This document shows, piece after piece, positions 34,049 through 43,389 of a stretch of DNA of 64,000 bases. The stretch is from Candidatus Bathyarchaeota archaeon (GTDB taxonomy: Archaea; Thermoproteota; Bathyarchaeia; Bathyarchaeales; Bathycorpusculaceae). The notes beneath the pieces are model-generated. The model was not told where the DNA came from, did not search any database, and saw only the letters and a list, made by a program, of their open reading frames with translations. The stretch spans positions 1,664 through 65,663 of the forward strand of contig JADGNF010000023.1 in NCBI GenBank assembly GCA_017883615.1. Direction: 5' to 3'. A program made the translations under genes and the position numbers. Position 1 is the first letter of the stretch; each line of letters opens with the position of its first letter.

Positions 34049-35545
34049 ATAGGCTGCGGTGTCTTCGGCGCAAAAAACTTCGAGAACCAACCAGTCTTTT
34101 CATACGTGTATTGGGGTCTCCGCGCCGAGAATCATCGAGGGCACCAGTCCCACGGCTTCTTAACCTACAACGAAGGTAAATTTTACAGTTACAAAAATCT
34201 GGATTTGGTTCCTAAACTTAAAACCAGCGTCATCCAAGAATGGTTTGGACGGTTACCAGGCAACATAGGCATAGCTAATGTTCGATACACCACATCGGGC
34301 AAATGCGACGACCAATCAATCATACAGGGCACCCAGCCCATGACCGCGGAAGCCGACGGTGTCAAAATAGCGGTTTCTTTCAACGGTAACATCGTTAACA
34401 CCCAGCAACTCCTTCAAGAAGTCACTAAAGAATTTCCCGAGATAAAATGCGGCTGCGACTCAGACTTAGTTTGCAACAAATTGCTAATAGAGCTCAAGAG
34501 CGGCAAAACCCTCCCCGAAGCAGTTAAAGCTACAATGCTAAGCTTAGATGGAGCGTTCTCGGTTCTTTGCATAATGGGCAACGGAGAATTCTTCGCCTTT
34601 AAAGACCCACACGGCATAAAACCCCTCTGTGCTGGACACAGCCCAGACGGAAAAACTCTTGTTTTTTCATCCGAAACGGTCAGCTTAGACATTAACGGGT
34701 TTGAACGCGACTTCGAACTGGAGCCGGGGGAACTCGTAACCACAACCAAAGACGGGCATTTTGAGCGTCATCAACTCATCGAGAAACCCCAGAAAGCTTT
34801 CTGCGCTTTTGAATATGCGTATTTTGCAAGACCTGACTCGCTTTTCGACGGTAGGTATGTTTACGAAATCCGCGAAGAGTTCGGCAGAAACCTCGTCAAA
34901 GAGTACCCTGAAATCAGCAAGAACTCCGACATCGTGCTTTCGGTGCCTGAAACCGGCGACGACCCAGCTATGGGTGTACATGAGGCTTCAGGTTTAAGAT
35001 GGGAACGAGCCAGCCGACGACACCGTTATGTGACGGAACGTGCATTTATTCTCTTGAACAATGAACGGTACTCGACGATTGACCGCAAAGTAAACATTTT
35101 AGGTTCGAAAGTGGATGGGAAACGTGTCATCGTAACTGAGGACAGCATCGTCCGCGGAGACACAACCAAAGTCATCATTGAGAAGCTGCGCAAGTCTGGT
35201 GCAGAGAAAGTTTACATGTTTGTTACTTTTCCGCGTATCATCGGACCATGCTTCTACGGCATCGACATGTCCACTTATGGACAACTCATAGGCTCTACAC
35301 ATAACGAGGAAGAAATCGCCAAAATCATCGGTGCCGACCAGGTTTGCTACCAATCCATAGAGAACCTTGTGAAAGCGACGGGCTGCAAAAAAGAGGACTT
35401 GTGCATGGCATGCATCACGGGCAAATACCCTACACCCCTAGCTCAAGAATTCGCTGACAAAATGAAGACAAGATTCCTTGCCGGCTACCAAGAAAAAACG
35501 AGGATTTACGAAACCGTCAGCGAATCTCAAGGCGTACAGTGGTAA
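34049..35545 (+). CDS. purF: amidophosphoribosyltransferase
   Basis: Ntn-amidotransferase N-terminus (I/M)GCGVFGAKN...YWGLRAENHRGHQSHG, and a PRTase motif VIVTEDSIVRGDT. The catalytic Cys codon (34055) lies upstream of the ORF-track GTG start (34106). Start placed at ATA 34049 (see findings). Confidence 0.9.
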   Translation: MGCGVFGAKNFENQPVFSYVYWGLRAENHRGHQSHGFLTYNEGKFYSYKNLDLVPKLKTSVIQEWFGRLPGNIGIANVRYTTSGKCDDQSIIQGTQPMTAEADGVKIAVSFNGNIVNTQQLLQEVTKEFPEIKCGCDSDLVCNKLLIELKSGKTLPEAVKATMLSLDGAFSVLCIMGNGEFFAFKDPHGIKPLCAGHSPDGKTLVFSSETVSLDINGFERDFELEPGELVTTTKDGHFERHQLIEKPQKAFCAFEYAYFARPDSLFDGRYVYEIREEFGRNLVKEYPEISKNSDIVLSVPETGDDPAMGVHEASGLRWERASRRHRYVTERAFILLNNERYSTIDRKVNILGSKVDGKRVIVTEDSIVRGDTTKVIIEKLRKSGAEKVYMFVTFPRIIGPCFYGIDMSTYGQLIGSTHNEEEIAKIIGADQVCYQSIENLVKATGCKKEDLCMACITGKYPTPLAQEFADKMKTRFLAGYQEKTRIYETVSESQGVQW

Positions 35546-35594
35546 AACAATTTAAGCCCACGCGTTAATTCTGTAAACCAAACGGTGTTTCCTA

Positions 35595-37010
35595 ATGGAG
35601 AAAATAGGCGTACTGGTTGTTTCGTATGGGGCACGAGAAGTCGCTATGGTTGACGCGTTGAGCAGAAGTCCCAACTACAAGGTCGATTTGTACATTGCGG
35701 ATAAGCAGCGTAATCCCTTTAACGTTGAGAAAGCCGCCAAACACGTCGTCATCCCCGATCTGAACGTGGAGGACATCTGCAAATTCGCAGAAGTCAACAG
35801 GCAACAAATTGACTTCGCCATCGTTGGACCTGAAAAACCCATAATCGAGGGCGCAAGAGACCAAATTGAGAAGCGCACAGGCATTCCCGTAATCTGCCCG
35901 AAACAGAAATACGCCATAGAAGTTAGCAAGGTGGAACAACGCCTCCTTTTCCAAGAGATTGCACCTGAAGCTAACCCTCGCTTCAAAGTTTTCAACCCCA
36001 AAGACTTCAAAAGCACCGAAGATGCCAAAAAAGCCGTTTATTTGTGGCTTGACGAGCTCAAAAATCAAGCTGTTGTGAAACCCGACAGACCCACCGCGGG
36101 AAAAGGTGTGGGAGTTTGGGGAGACCATTTCGCGACGCGAGAACAGCTTTTTGACCATTTTATGTCCAATTTCCAGTATGGCACCGTCCTAATTGAGGAG
36201 AAAATTGATGGGGAAGAATCGAGCTTTATGGCTTTCTGCGACGGAAAACACCTTGCAGTTCTACCCGACACAAGAGATCACAAACGGGCGTTTGACGACG
36301 ACAAAGGTCCCAACACGGGGGGAATGGGCAGCTACAAAGACGTCGTCGATCAGCTGCCGTTTATGACGAAGGCGGACAGAGAAAACGAGCTTGCGATTGC
36401 GCAGAAGATCTTCAGGGAATGGTCAGCCAAAATAAACGACAGCACAGCACTTCGGGGAGTGCCGCTTTATTTGGCTTTCATGCATACTCGTGGGGGACCC
36501 AAGATTCTTGAAGATAACAGTCGTCCAGGCGACCCCGAAATCATGAACATCCTGCCGGTTTTAAAGGAGGATTTTGTGGATGTTTGCTATGGGATGTTGG
36601 AGGGCAATTTGACCCGCGTGGATGTAGACAAGGTTGCGACGGTTTTGACATACAAGGTTCCGCCCAGCTACGGCGGCTACGCAGAAGTTTTTCCTGGCAA
36701 TGTGAAGAAAGCAGAGATTGATACGCCGGTGGATCTTTCGGCAGCTTATGAACTTACTCGCAAGTTTGGTGACAGAATCCGAGTTTACCCGGGCTCAATG
36801 GAGCTGAAAAACGGCCTGACTTATCCGCTCAAATCCAGAGTGGTCGGGGTTTTAGGCGTGGGCGAAAGCATCGAGGAGGCACGTGCTGTTAGCTTGGAAG
36901 GTGCAAACGCTATCAAAGGCGGTGGGCTCTGGAACCGCACCGATGTCGCCTCGAAACGTACAATTGAGAAAAGCGTTCATCATATGAAACAACTGAGGAT
37001 TCAAGCGTGA
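35595..37010 (+). CDS. purD: phosphoribosylamine-glycine ligase
   Basis: 471 aa. ATP-grasp layout, IGVLVVSYGAREVAMVDAL at the N-terminus, VVKPDRPTAGKGV, GPNTGGMGSY. Lies between purF and other pur genes. Confidence 0.85.
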   Translation: MEKIGVLVVSYGAREVAMVDALSRSPNYKVDLYIADKQRNPFNVEKAAKHVVIPDLNVEDICKFAEVNRQQIDFAIVGPEKPIIEGARDQIEKRTGIPVICPKQKYAIEVSKVEQRLLFQEIAPEANPRFKVFNPKDFKSTEDAKKAVYLWLDELKNQAVVKPDRPTAGKGVGVWGDHFATREQLFDHFMSNFQYGTVLIEEKIDGEESSFMAFCDGKHLAVLPDTRDHKRAFDDDKGPNTGGMGSYKDVVDQLPFMTKADRENELAIAQKIFREWSAKINDSTALRGVPLYLAFMHTRGGPKILEDNSRPGDPEIMNILPVLKEDFVDVCYGMLEGNLTRVDVDKVATVLTYKVPPSYGGYAEVFPGNVKKAEIDTPVDLSAAYELTRKFGDRIRVYPGSMELKNGLTYPLKSRVVGVLGVGESIEEARAVSLEGANAIKGGGLWNRTDVASKRTIEKSVHHMKQLRIQA

Positions 37011-38089
37011 AACGCGTTTTCGTTTCAGACTGCGAAGGGCCTATCTCCAAAAACGACAACGCCTACGAATTAACCGCCCAATTCGTGCCAGATGGGGATA
37101 AGTTGTTCTCTATCATCAGCAGGTACGACGACGTTTTAGCCGACGTCGTAAAGAAAGAGGGCTATAATGCGGGGGACACGCTTAAGCTGATTTTGCCTTT
37201 CCTGAAAGCATACGACGTCACCGACGAGAAAATCATGGCTTTCTCCGTCCAGAACCTATTGCTTATCGCGGGAACCAAAGAAACGTTGAAGCACATTTCA
37301 AGCATCGCTCCCGCCTTCATCGTTAGCACGAGCTACGAGCATTATATCATGGCGCTTTGCGCGTTTGTTGGCTTCCCATTTGAGAACACATATTGCACGC
37401 GTATTTGCATCAACAAATACGGCCTTACCGATCAGGAAAAGACGAAGCTGAAAGCTTTTGCTCAGGAAATCGCTACCATGAACATGGTGACCATTCCAAC
37501 AGGAGCCAAATCCACCAGCGATTTCTCGGAACCAGACCAAGTAACTCTCAAGCGGCTGGACCAGATTTTCTGGAAAGAAATTCCCGCGATGGCCTGCGCC
37601 AAACTTTTCTCCGAAGTTACTACTGTTGGCGGGGAACAGAAAGCTCAGGCAATCCGCGAAATCACAAAAAAACTCCGACTGCCCCTCTCCAACGTGATGT
37701 ATGTCGGCGACAGCATAACGGATGTTCAAGCGTTTCAGCTTGTCCGCGAAAACGGCGGATTAACTGTATCCTTCAACGGCAACAACTACGCGGTCACAAA
37801 CGCAGAGGTGTCCGTTATGTCAGAAAATAACATAGTCACTGCAGTAATCGCCGACGCTTTTGTTAAAAGGGGAAAAGATGAAGCGGTGAAGATTGTTGAG
37901 AACTGGAACCCTTCGCACTTGAAAAGTAGCCCAATTGAACCGTCGCTAATCAGTCTCCTTTTCGCATTGTATCCTGAAGCGTTGCCGAAAGTTCAAATAG
38001 TCACACAAGCGAATAAGGAATCGCTGACTCGGGAGAGCAGCGAGTTCAGGAAAAAGGTGCGAGGACAAGCGGTTGGACGACTCGGATAG
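37007..38089 (+). CDS. hypothetical HAD-like protein (N-terminal SDCEGP motif)
   Basis: 360 aa. GTG start overlaps the purD stop as GTGA. N-terminal VFVSDCEGPISKND and a late YVGDSITD resemble HAD motifs I and IV. From memory, similar proteins are annotated EhaR-like; I cannot verify that here. Confidence 0.45.
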   Translation: MKRVFVSDCEGPISKNDNAYELTAQFVPDGDKLFSIISRYDDVLADVVKKEGYNAGDTLKLILPFLKAYDVTDEKIMAFSVQNLLLIAGTKETLKHISSIAPAFIVSTSYEHYIMALCAFVGFPFENTYCTRICINKYGLTDQEKTKLKAFAQEIATMNMVTIPTGAKSTSDFSEPDQVTLKRLDQIFWKEIPAMACAKLFSEVTTVGGEQKAQAIREITKKLRLPLSNVMYVGDSITDVQAFQLVRENGGLTVSFNGNNYAVTNAEVSVMSENNIVTAVIADAFVKRGKDEAVKIVENWNPSHLKSSPIEPSLISLLFALYPEALPKVQIVTQANKESLTRESSEFRKKVRGQAVGRLG

Positions 38090-38996
38090 ACCCAAATCCC
38101 CAGTTGAAGATACTTACGCGGAAGCGTTTGAGGGAATTTTTTGCCGTTTAATAGTTACGGCGGATGACGAGCGAACGGTTCGGGCTGCGGCTGAAGATGC
38201 GACTGCTACACCATCGGTAGTTGTCGGCAGAGTGGAGGGCGGCGTGGAGCGATATCTGAACAAGAAAGAGACGCCGGATTGCCGCGACGGCGCTGTTGTT
38301 CAGTTCTGGGCAGAAGAAAAACCTCAAAAACTTTTTGCGAAGTCGCTGGAGAAATTTGAAAAGGAACTTTCATACCGAATTCGTCAGGACATATTAGTTA
38401 AACCCTTTACCGCCGTCTTTGATGGCTTACAGAAGGCCGAAGGAAAAGTAGACATGATGGAGAGGGTGGGCCACTGCGGCGACGGCTTTGAATATGTCGA
38501 GAAGCGGTTTGGCAAAAAAGTCATCGTTGTACCGCTGATGGTTTCTGACTTTGTTATCGAGCGACAGTTGGGTTACGCTCACGGCGTTACAGGTGCGAAT
38601 TTCTGGATTATGTGCGAGACCAAGCATTCCGTGATGAAGGCAGGCGACAAAGCCTTAGAAGCCATCCACCGCGTGACCGGCGTGGTTACGCCTTTTGACG
38701 TTTGCTCAGCCGGTTCCAAGCCCGAAACCCATTACCCACTCATCGGACCCACCACGAACCACCTGTATTGCCCATCGCTCAAACACAAACTCGGCGAGGA
38801 ATCCAAAGTACCCGACGGCGTCAACTACATCCCAGAAATCGTCATCAACGGCGTCTCCATGGACGCAGTAAAGAAGGCGATGAAGGCAGGAATCGAAGCC
38901 GCACGCACCATCGAAGGTGTCGTAGCGATTTCCGCGGGCAACTACGGCGGCAAACTGGGCAAATACAAAATCAGTCTGCGCGAGCTGTTCAAATGA
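38073..38996 (+). CDS. formylmethanofuran-tetrahydromethanopterin N-formyltransferase (Ftr)-like protein
   Basis: 307 aa. VEDTYAEAFEGIFCRLIVTA closely resembles the Ftr N-terminus (IEDTFAEAFE...VLITA, as I recall from methanogen Ftr). Later GANFWIMCE...VVTPFD...SAGSKPE...GPTTNHLYCPSLK also fits. TTG start is uncertain. Confidence 0.75.
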   Translation: MDDSDRPKSPVEDTYAEAFEGIFCRLIVTADDERTVRAAAEDATATPSVVVGRVEGGVERYLNKKETPDCRDGAVVQFWAEEKPQKLFAKSLEKFEKELSYRIRQDILVKPFTAVFDGLQKAEGKVDMMERVGHCGDGFEYVEKRFGKKVIVVPLMVSDFVIERQLGYAHGVTGANFWIMCETKHSVMKAGDKALEAIHRVTGVVTPFDVCSAGSKPETHYPLIGPTTNHLYCPSLKHKLGEESKVPDGVNYIPEIVINGVSMDAVKKAMKAGIEAARTIEGVVAISAGNYGGKLGKYKISLRELFK

Positions 38997-39919
38997 CAGG
39001 CCTAGAGGTTGTCGGGTTTGGAGCGCTCAACGTGGACAAACTATTCAAAGTTAACCGAATAGCATGTGCCGAGGAAGAAAGCTCCATTATAACCCATTCG
39101 GAATCGTGTGGGGGCTCAGCAGCCAACACCATGGTGGGTTTGGCGCGGCTTGGATGCAAAGTGGGCTTCATCGGCAAAGTTGGCAGTGACCGAGAAGGCA
39201 ACGTACTGTTGGAAGATTTCCGCAGGGAAAACGTTGATCTCAAGGGTGTTGTTCGCGCAAAGCTGGGTGAAAGCGGGCTTGTGATGGGTTTTGTTGACAA
39301 GAAAAGCGAACGAGCGTTATACATTAACTCAGGCGTCAACGACACCATTGCCCTCAGCGAAATAGACCCTAAGTATGTTTTTCAGGCGAAGTTTCTTCAT
39401 TTGACTTCTTTTGTGGGAGAAAAATCCTTCCAGACACAAAAAAAACTCTTGGAAATGCTACCTGAAACCGTTAAGGTTAGCTTTGACCCGGGCGCGCTTT
39501 ATGCAAGACGGGGATTAGCCGAGCTGGAGCCCGTAATCAAAAGAGCTTATGTTATGTTACCAAACCGCGGCGAACTCAAGCTCATAACCGGCTACGACGA
39601 ATACGTGAAAGGCGCCGACGCGCTGATTGCGAAAGGGGTAAAGGTGGTGGCTGTTAAGCTTGGCAGTGAAGGCAGCTATATCACGAATGGGCGCGAACGC
39701 TATCACATAGACGCTTTTAAAGTGAAAGCGGTGGATTCAACTGGAGCGGGTGATGCGTTCTGCGCGGGTTTCCTTTACGGCTTGCTTGGCAATCGGGGAC
39801 TGAGAGAATGCGGTGCTCTGGGCAACTTTGTGGCTTCCAGAAAAGTGTTGGAAATAGGGGCTAGGAAAAACCTGCCCTACGCCAAGGATTTAGAGCTTTT
39901 TCGCAAAATGGTCAAGTAA
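38993..39919 (+). CDS. PfkB-family carbohydrate/nucleoside kinase
   Basis: 308 aa read from ATG 38993, which overlaps the Ftr-like stop as ATGA. Contains VVGFGALNVD, GGSAANT and DSTGAGDAFCAGFLYG (PfkB signature 2). The 405-aa ORF-track version reads through the Ftr gene out of frame. Confidence 0.85.
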   Translation: MTGLEVVGFGALNVDKLFKVNRIACAEEESSIITHSESCGGSAANTMVGLARLGCKVGFIGKVGSDREGNVLLEDFRRENVDLKGVVRAKLGESGLVMGFVDKKSERALYINSGVNDTIALSEIDPKYVFQAKFLHLTSFVGEKSFQTQKKLLEMLPETVKVSFDPGALYARRGLAELEPVIKRAYVMLPNRGELKLITGYDEYVKGADALIAKGVKVVAVKLGSEGSYITNGRERYHIDAFKVKAVDSTGAGDAFCAGFLYGLLGNRGLRECGALGNFVASRKVLEIGARKNLPYAKDLELFRKMVK

Positions 39920-40705
39920 GCTTTCGAAAATGAGTTTTCCGTCACCGAACTGCGGCATCGCTTGCTGGCTTGTCCAGTCGGGTTGTTGCCACCAGTAAAA
40001 AGCGCGTTCAGGATGGGGCATTAAGCCAAACACTGTGCCTTCGCGGTTGCATATACCTGCGATATCGTGGAAGCTACCGTTGGGGTTCGCGGGGTACTTG
40101 CCGTTGGCATCGGCTCCGTCCTTGCTGCAATATCTGAGGGCAACCATGTCATTGTCGATCAATTTCTGCAGGAGCGCCTCTTCTTTCTCTTTTGGAAACA
40201 GGAATCTGCCTTCGCCGTGCGCGATGGGCATACGGAGCACCTTGCCTTTGGGGATTTTGGTCGTGAAGATGCATTTGGATTTGTTTTCGTTTTTGAGATA
40301 GACCCATTGGCACCTGTAGCCGCGGCTGTTGTTGGCTAGCGAAGCTTCCGGGAAGTCGCTAACACCTTCGAAACCCGGCAGCAGACCTTCTTCAACCAGG
40401 ATTTGGAATCCGTTGCAGATGCCCAAGATTGGGCGGTTCTGGTCAATGAAGCTGCGAAGATCCTTACCGAGTTTGGCTGTTAGCATTCTTGCGAATATGG
40501 CGCCTGAACGCACGTAGTCTCCGTAGCTGAAGCCGCCCGGGAAAACCAGCATATGGTAATCCAGCAGGTTCCGCTGCTTCACCAGTTCGTTAAGGTGGCG
40601 AACGTCAGCCTGTACGCCGAGTTCATGGAAGGCACGTTGGGTTTCAGCGTCGCAGTTAGTTCCTCCGACCCGCATGACGCAAACTCGGATATCTTGAAGC
40701 TTCAA
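39890..40705 (-). CDS. purQ: phosphoribosylformylglycinamidine synthase, glutaminase subunit
   Basis: 271 aa. Class-I amidotransferase with GICNGFQIL (nucleophile Cys) and MPHPER. Directly downstream of purL. TTG start. Confidence 0.9.
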   Translation of the reverse strand: MKLQDIRVCVMRVGGTNCDAETQRAFHELGVQADVRHLNELVKQRNLLDYHMLVFPGGFSYGDYVRSGAIFARMLTAKLGKDLRSFIDQNRPILGICNGFQILVEEGLLPGFEGVSDFPEASLANNSRGYRCQWVYLKNENKSKCIFTTKIPKGKVLRMPIAHGEGRFLFPKEKEEALLQKLIDNDMVALRYCSKDGADANGKYPANPNGSFHDIAGICNREGTVFGLMPHPERAFYWWQQPDWTSQQAMPQFGDGKLIFESLLDHFAKKL

Positions 40706-40708
40706 GTG

Positions 40709-43084
40709 TTAAGCCTCCTCGCTTAGTGTGCGTTTCCATGCCGCACGCAAACCAGCCACATCCGCATCAACGATGGTTGAGCCTTTGAGGCCTTTGATTT
40801 TCAGGGTTGGATTCTTGGTGACTTTGCCAATTTCCGCGCAGACCTTTCCCTTCATGACCGCTTCGAATGCGGCTTTGTCTTTGGGGTTGATTTCTACGAG
40901 GAAGCGGCTGTTGGATTCGGAGAACAATAGAAAATCGTCCCGTTTTATGCCGTTTGATGGAACTTTTGCCAAGTCCAGTTCTAATCCGAGGTTGCTGGCG
41001 AAGGCCATTTCTGATGCTGACACTGCTAACCCGCCTTCCGACAAGTCATGGCAGGCTTTTACTGTGCCTTTGCTGATGGCTTTTGTGATTGCGTTGAAGG
41101 TTTTTTTGGCTTTGGCCGCGTGGACTTTTGGCACGGATTTGCCGAGGTAACCTTGGAGTTTGTAGTATTCGGAGCCGCCTAGTTCGAGGTAGGTTTTGCC
41201 CACAATATAGAGCAAGTTACCGGGTGCTTTGAGGTCCATGGACACCGCCGAGCGGATATCAGGAACCAATCCGACGGCTGTTATCAAAAGTGTCGGGGTT
41301 ACGGGTCCCAATGGCGACTCGTTGTAGAGGCTGTCTTTGCCTGAGATAAACGGCGTTCCGTATGCGGTTGCGACGTCGTAGCAGGCTTCGCATGCCCGCA
41401 CTAGTGAACCGAGTCGTTCGGGTTTTTCGGGGTTGCCCCACACGAAGTTGTCGAGCAGTGCGATTCGGGAGCCGCCGACGGCGATGTTGTTTCGAACGGC
41501 TTCGTCTATCGCGGAAGCAGCCATGTCGTAAGCGTCAATTTTGCCGTAGTTGGGGTTCATGCCGCAGCTGATGGAGACACCCCGCCACGAGTTATCTAAT
41601 GGCTTCAAAATCGAAGCGTCGTTGGGTCCGGCATATTCGCCTTGGAACGGTTTGAGGGCGGTGTTGCCCTTGACCTCGTGGTCATAGCTACGAACTACGC
41701 TTTCTTTGCTAGCGATGTTTGACGCCGAAAGAAGCTGCATCAATGTTTCGGTGAGGTTTTTTGGTACAGAGAAAATAGGTTCTGTAAGGGTGATTTTCTC
41801 GAACGAAGCAGTTTTTGCACTTTTTATTGGTTTGAAGAGGAACTGCATATCCAAATCTGCCACAGTGACGCCTTCGAAACGAAGCCGCAGATGCTTCTCC
41901 GGAGTAAGTATGCCAATGGCTGTAGCTTCGACATCTTCCTTTTCGAAAACCTCAAAAACTGCCTTCAGATTCTCGGGCGGCACGACGATGAGCATGCGTT
42001 CTTGGGACTCGGAAACGTAGATTTCCCATGGAGCCAAACCCGCGTACTTCAACGGAACCTTGTCGAGGTCTACGGTGACGCCGCAGCCGTATCGTTCAGC
42101 CGTTTCGCCCACTGAGGAGGACATGCCGCCTCCGCCCAAGTCGGTGGTTGCGGATGCGAGTTCACGGTCCCGTATCTCGATCATGGCGCGTTTTACTTTT
42201 TCTTCTTCGATGGGGTCTGCGATTTGGACTGCGGGTCGGCTAATTTCCTCTGATTTCTCAGTCAACTCCGCACTGGCGAAGGTGACGCCGTGGATGCCGT
42301 CGCGCCCCGTCTTGCCGCCCGCCACGATGAGCACGTGTCCCGCTTTGGCTTCTTTCTTGTACTTGTCCAGCGGCAAGAGCCCGATGCAGCCGCAGTAGAC
42401 AACGACGTTGCCCGTGTAGGATTCATCAAAATATATTGCGCCGTTAACTGTTGGGATACCCATATTGTTGCCATAGGTGGCGATGCCAGCGGTTACTCCC
42501 ATGTAAACGTATTTGGGATGTTTCACACCCGGGGGTAACTTGTTGTAATCGTAATCTAGTGGTCCAAAACCCAGAACATCTGTGCATGCAATTGGGTCTG
42601 CCCAAACGCCCAGCACATCACGAATTACGCCGCCCACGCCCGTCGCTGCTCCGCCAAAAGGTTCCACTGCCGACGGATGATTGTGGGTTTCTACTTTCGC
42701 GGCGATTCCATAGCCTTTGTCAAAGCTGACTATGCCTGCGTTGTCCTCAAAAACGCTGATGCACCATTTCGCGGCGATTTCTTGGGTGGCTTTGGCTATG
42801 TAGGTTTTGAAGAGGCTGTCGATTTCTTTTCCGTCGAAGCGGATTTTTCCTTTGAAGGTTTTGTGGTAGCAGTGTTCGCTCCAAGTTTGCCCGATGGTCT
42901 GAAGTTCAACGTCGGTTGGGTTGCGTTTCTGTGTTTTGAAGTATGTTTGGACTTGTTTCATTTCGCCAAGGCTTAACCCTAATCCGAGTTCGCCGCTGAC
43001 CTCTGCTAATTGGTGGTCTGTAGCGTCTTTTGTGTTTATTTCATGGAGGTTGAAAGCGGCGTTGGTGCGTGTGAAGAGGCTCAT
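40709..43084 (-). CDS. purL: phosphoribosylformylglycinamidine synthase subunit II
   Basis: 791 aa. Contains EHCYHKTF, ETHNHPSAVEPFGGAATGVGG and the duplicated AIR-synthase-like domains typical of small PurL. Confidence 0.95.
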   Translation of the reverse strand: MSLFTRTNAAFNLHEINTKDATDHQLAEVSGELGLGLSLGEMKQVQTYFKTQKRNPTDVELQTIGQTWSEHCYHKTFKGKIRFDGKEIDSLFKTYIAKATQEIAAKWCISVFEDNAGIVSFDKGYGIAAKVETHNHPSAVEPFGGAATGVGGVIRDVLGVWADPIACTDVLGFGPLDYDYNKLPPGVKHPKYVYMGVTAGIATYGNNMGIPTVNGAIYFDESYTGNVVVYCGCIGLLPLDKYKKEAKAGHVLIVAGGKTGRDGIHGVTFASAELTEKSEEISRPAVQIADPIEEEKVKRAMIEIRDRELASATTDLGGGGMSSSVGETAERYGCGVTVDLDKVPLKYAGLAPWEIYVSESQERMLIVVPPENLKAVFEVFEKEDVEATAIGILTPEKHLRLRFEGVTVADLDMQFLFKPIKSAKTASFEKITLTEPIFSVPKNLTETLMQLLSASNIASKESVVRSYDHEVKGNTALKPFQGEYAGPNDASILKPLDNSWRGVSISCGMNPNYGKIDAYDMAASAIDEAVRNNIAVGGSRIALLDNFVWGNPEKPERLGSLVRACEACYDVATAYGTPFISGKDSLYNESPLGPVTPTLLITAVGLVPDIRSAVSMDLKAPGNLLYIVGKTYLELGGSEYYKLQGYLGKSVPKVHAAKAKKTFNAITKAISKGTVKACHDLSEGGLAVSASEMAFASNLGLELDLAKVPSNGIKRDDFLLFSESNSRFLVEINPKDKAAFEAVMKGKVCAEIGKVTKNPTLKIKGLKGSTIVDADVAGLRAAWKRTLSEEA

Positions 43085-43332
43085 TTCTGCTCCTCAACTT
43101 CGATTGTGTAGTTATCCTTAGTTGGGTTTGCCAAAAGCCGCTTTGCCATTTCCTCCGCCTTGATTTTTGCTTCTTTGAGCGCAGAGGCTTCGAGTTGGAT
43201 GCTGTAGACTTTGTTCACGTTCACGGCGTCTACAGAGTAGCCAAGTTCCTTTAGTAGACGTTGGGTGGTGTTGCCTTCAGGGTCGGTGTGCCCGGGTTTT
43301 AGGCTGACTTCGATTTTGGCGCGGTATTTCAT
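43081..43332 (-). CDS. purS: phosphoribosylformylglycinamidine synthase subunit PurS
   Basis: 83 aa. Contains VSLKPGHTDPEGNTTQRLLKELGY. Its stop overlaps the purL start as ATGA. Confidence 0.9.
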   Translation of the reverse strand: MKYRAKIEVSLKPGHTDPEGNTTQRLLKELGYSVDAVNVNKVYSIQLEASALKEAKIKAEEMAKRLLANPTKDNYTIEVEEQK

Positions 43333-43389
43333 GGCTTTAATGCAGAGGATTTAGGATTTAAACGCTTTTGCTGCGAAACTGCCAAGATG

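Noticed and set aside
38702-38992. The 97-codon N-terminal extension of the PfkB kinase ORF
   Set aside because: The extension is an Arg/His/Gln-rich out-of-frame read through the Ftr-like coding region. The kinase fold begins at MTGLEVVGFGALNVD, from ATG 38993.
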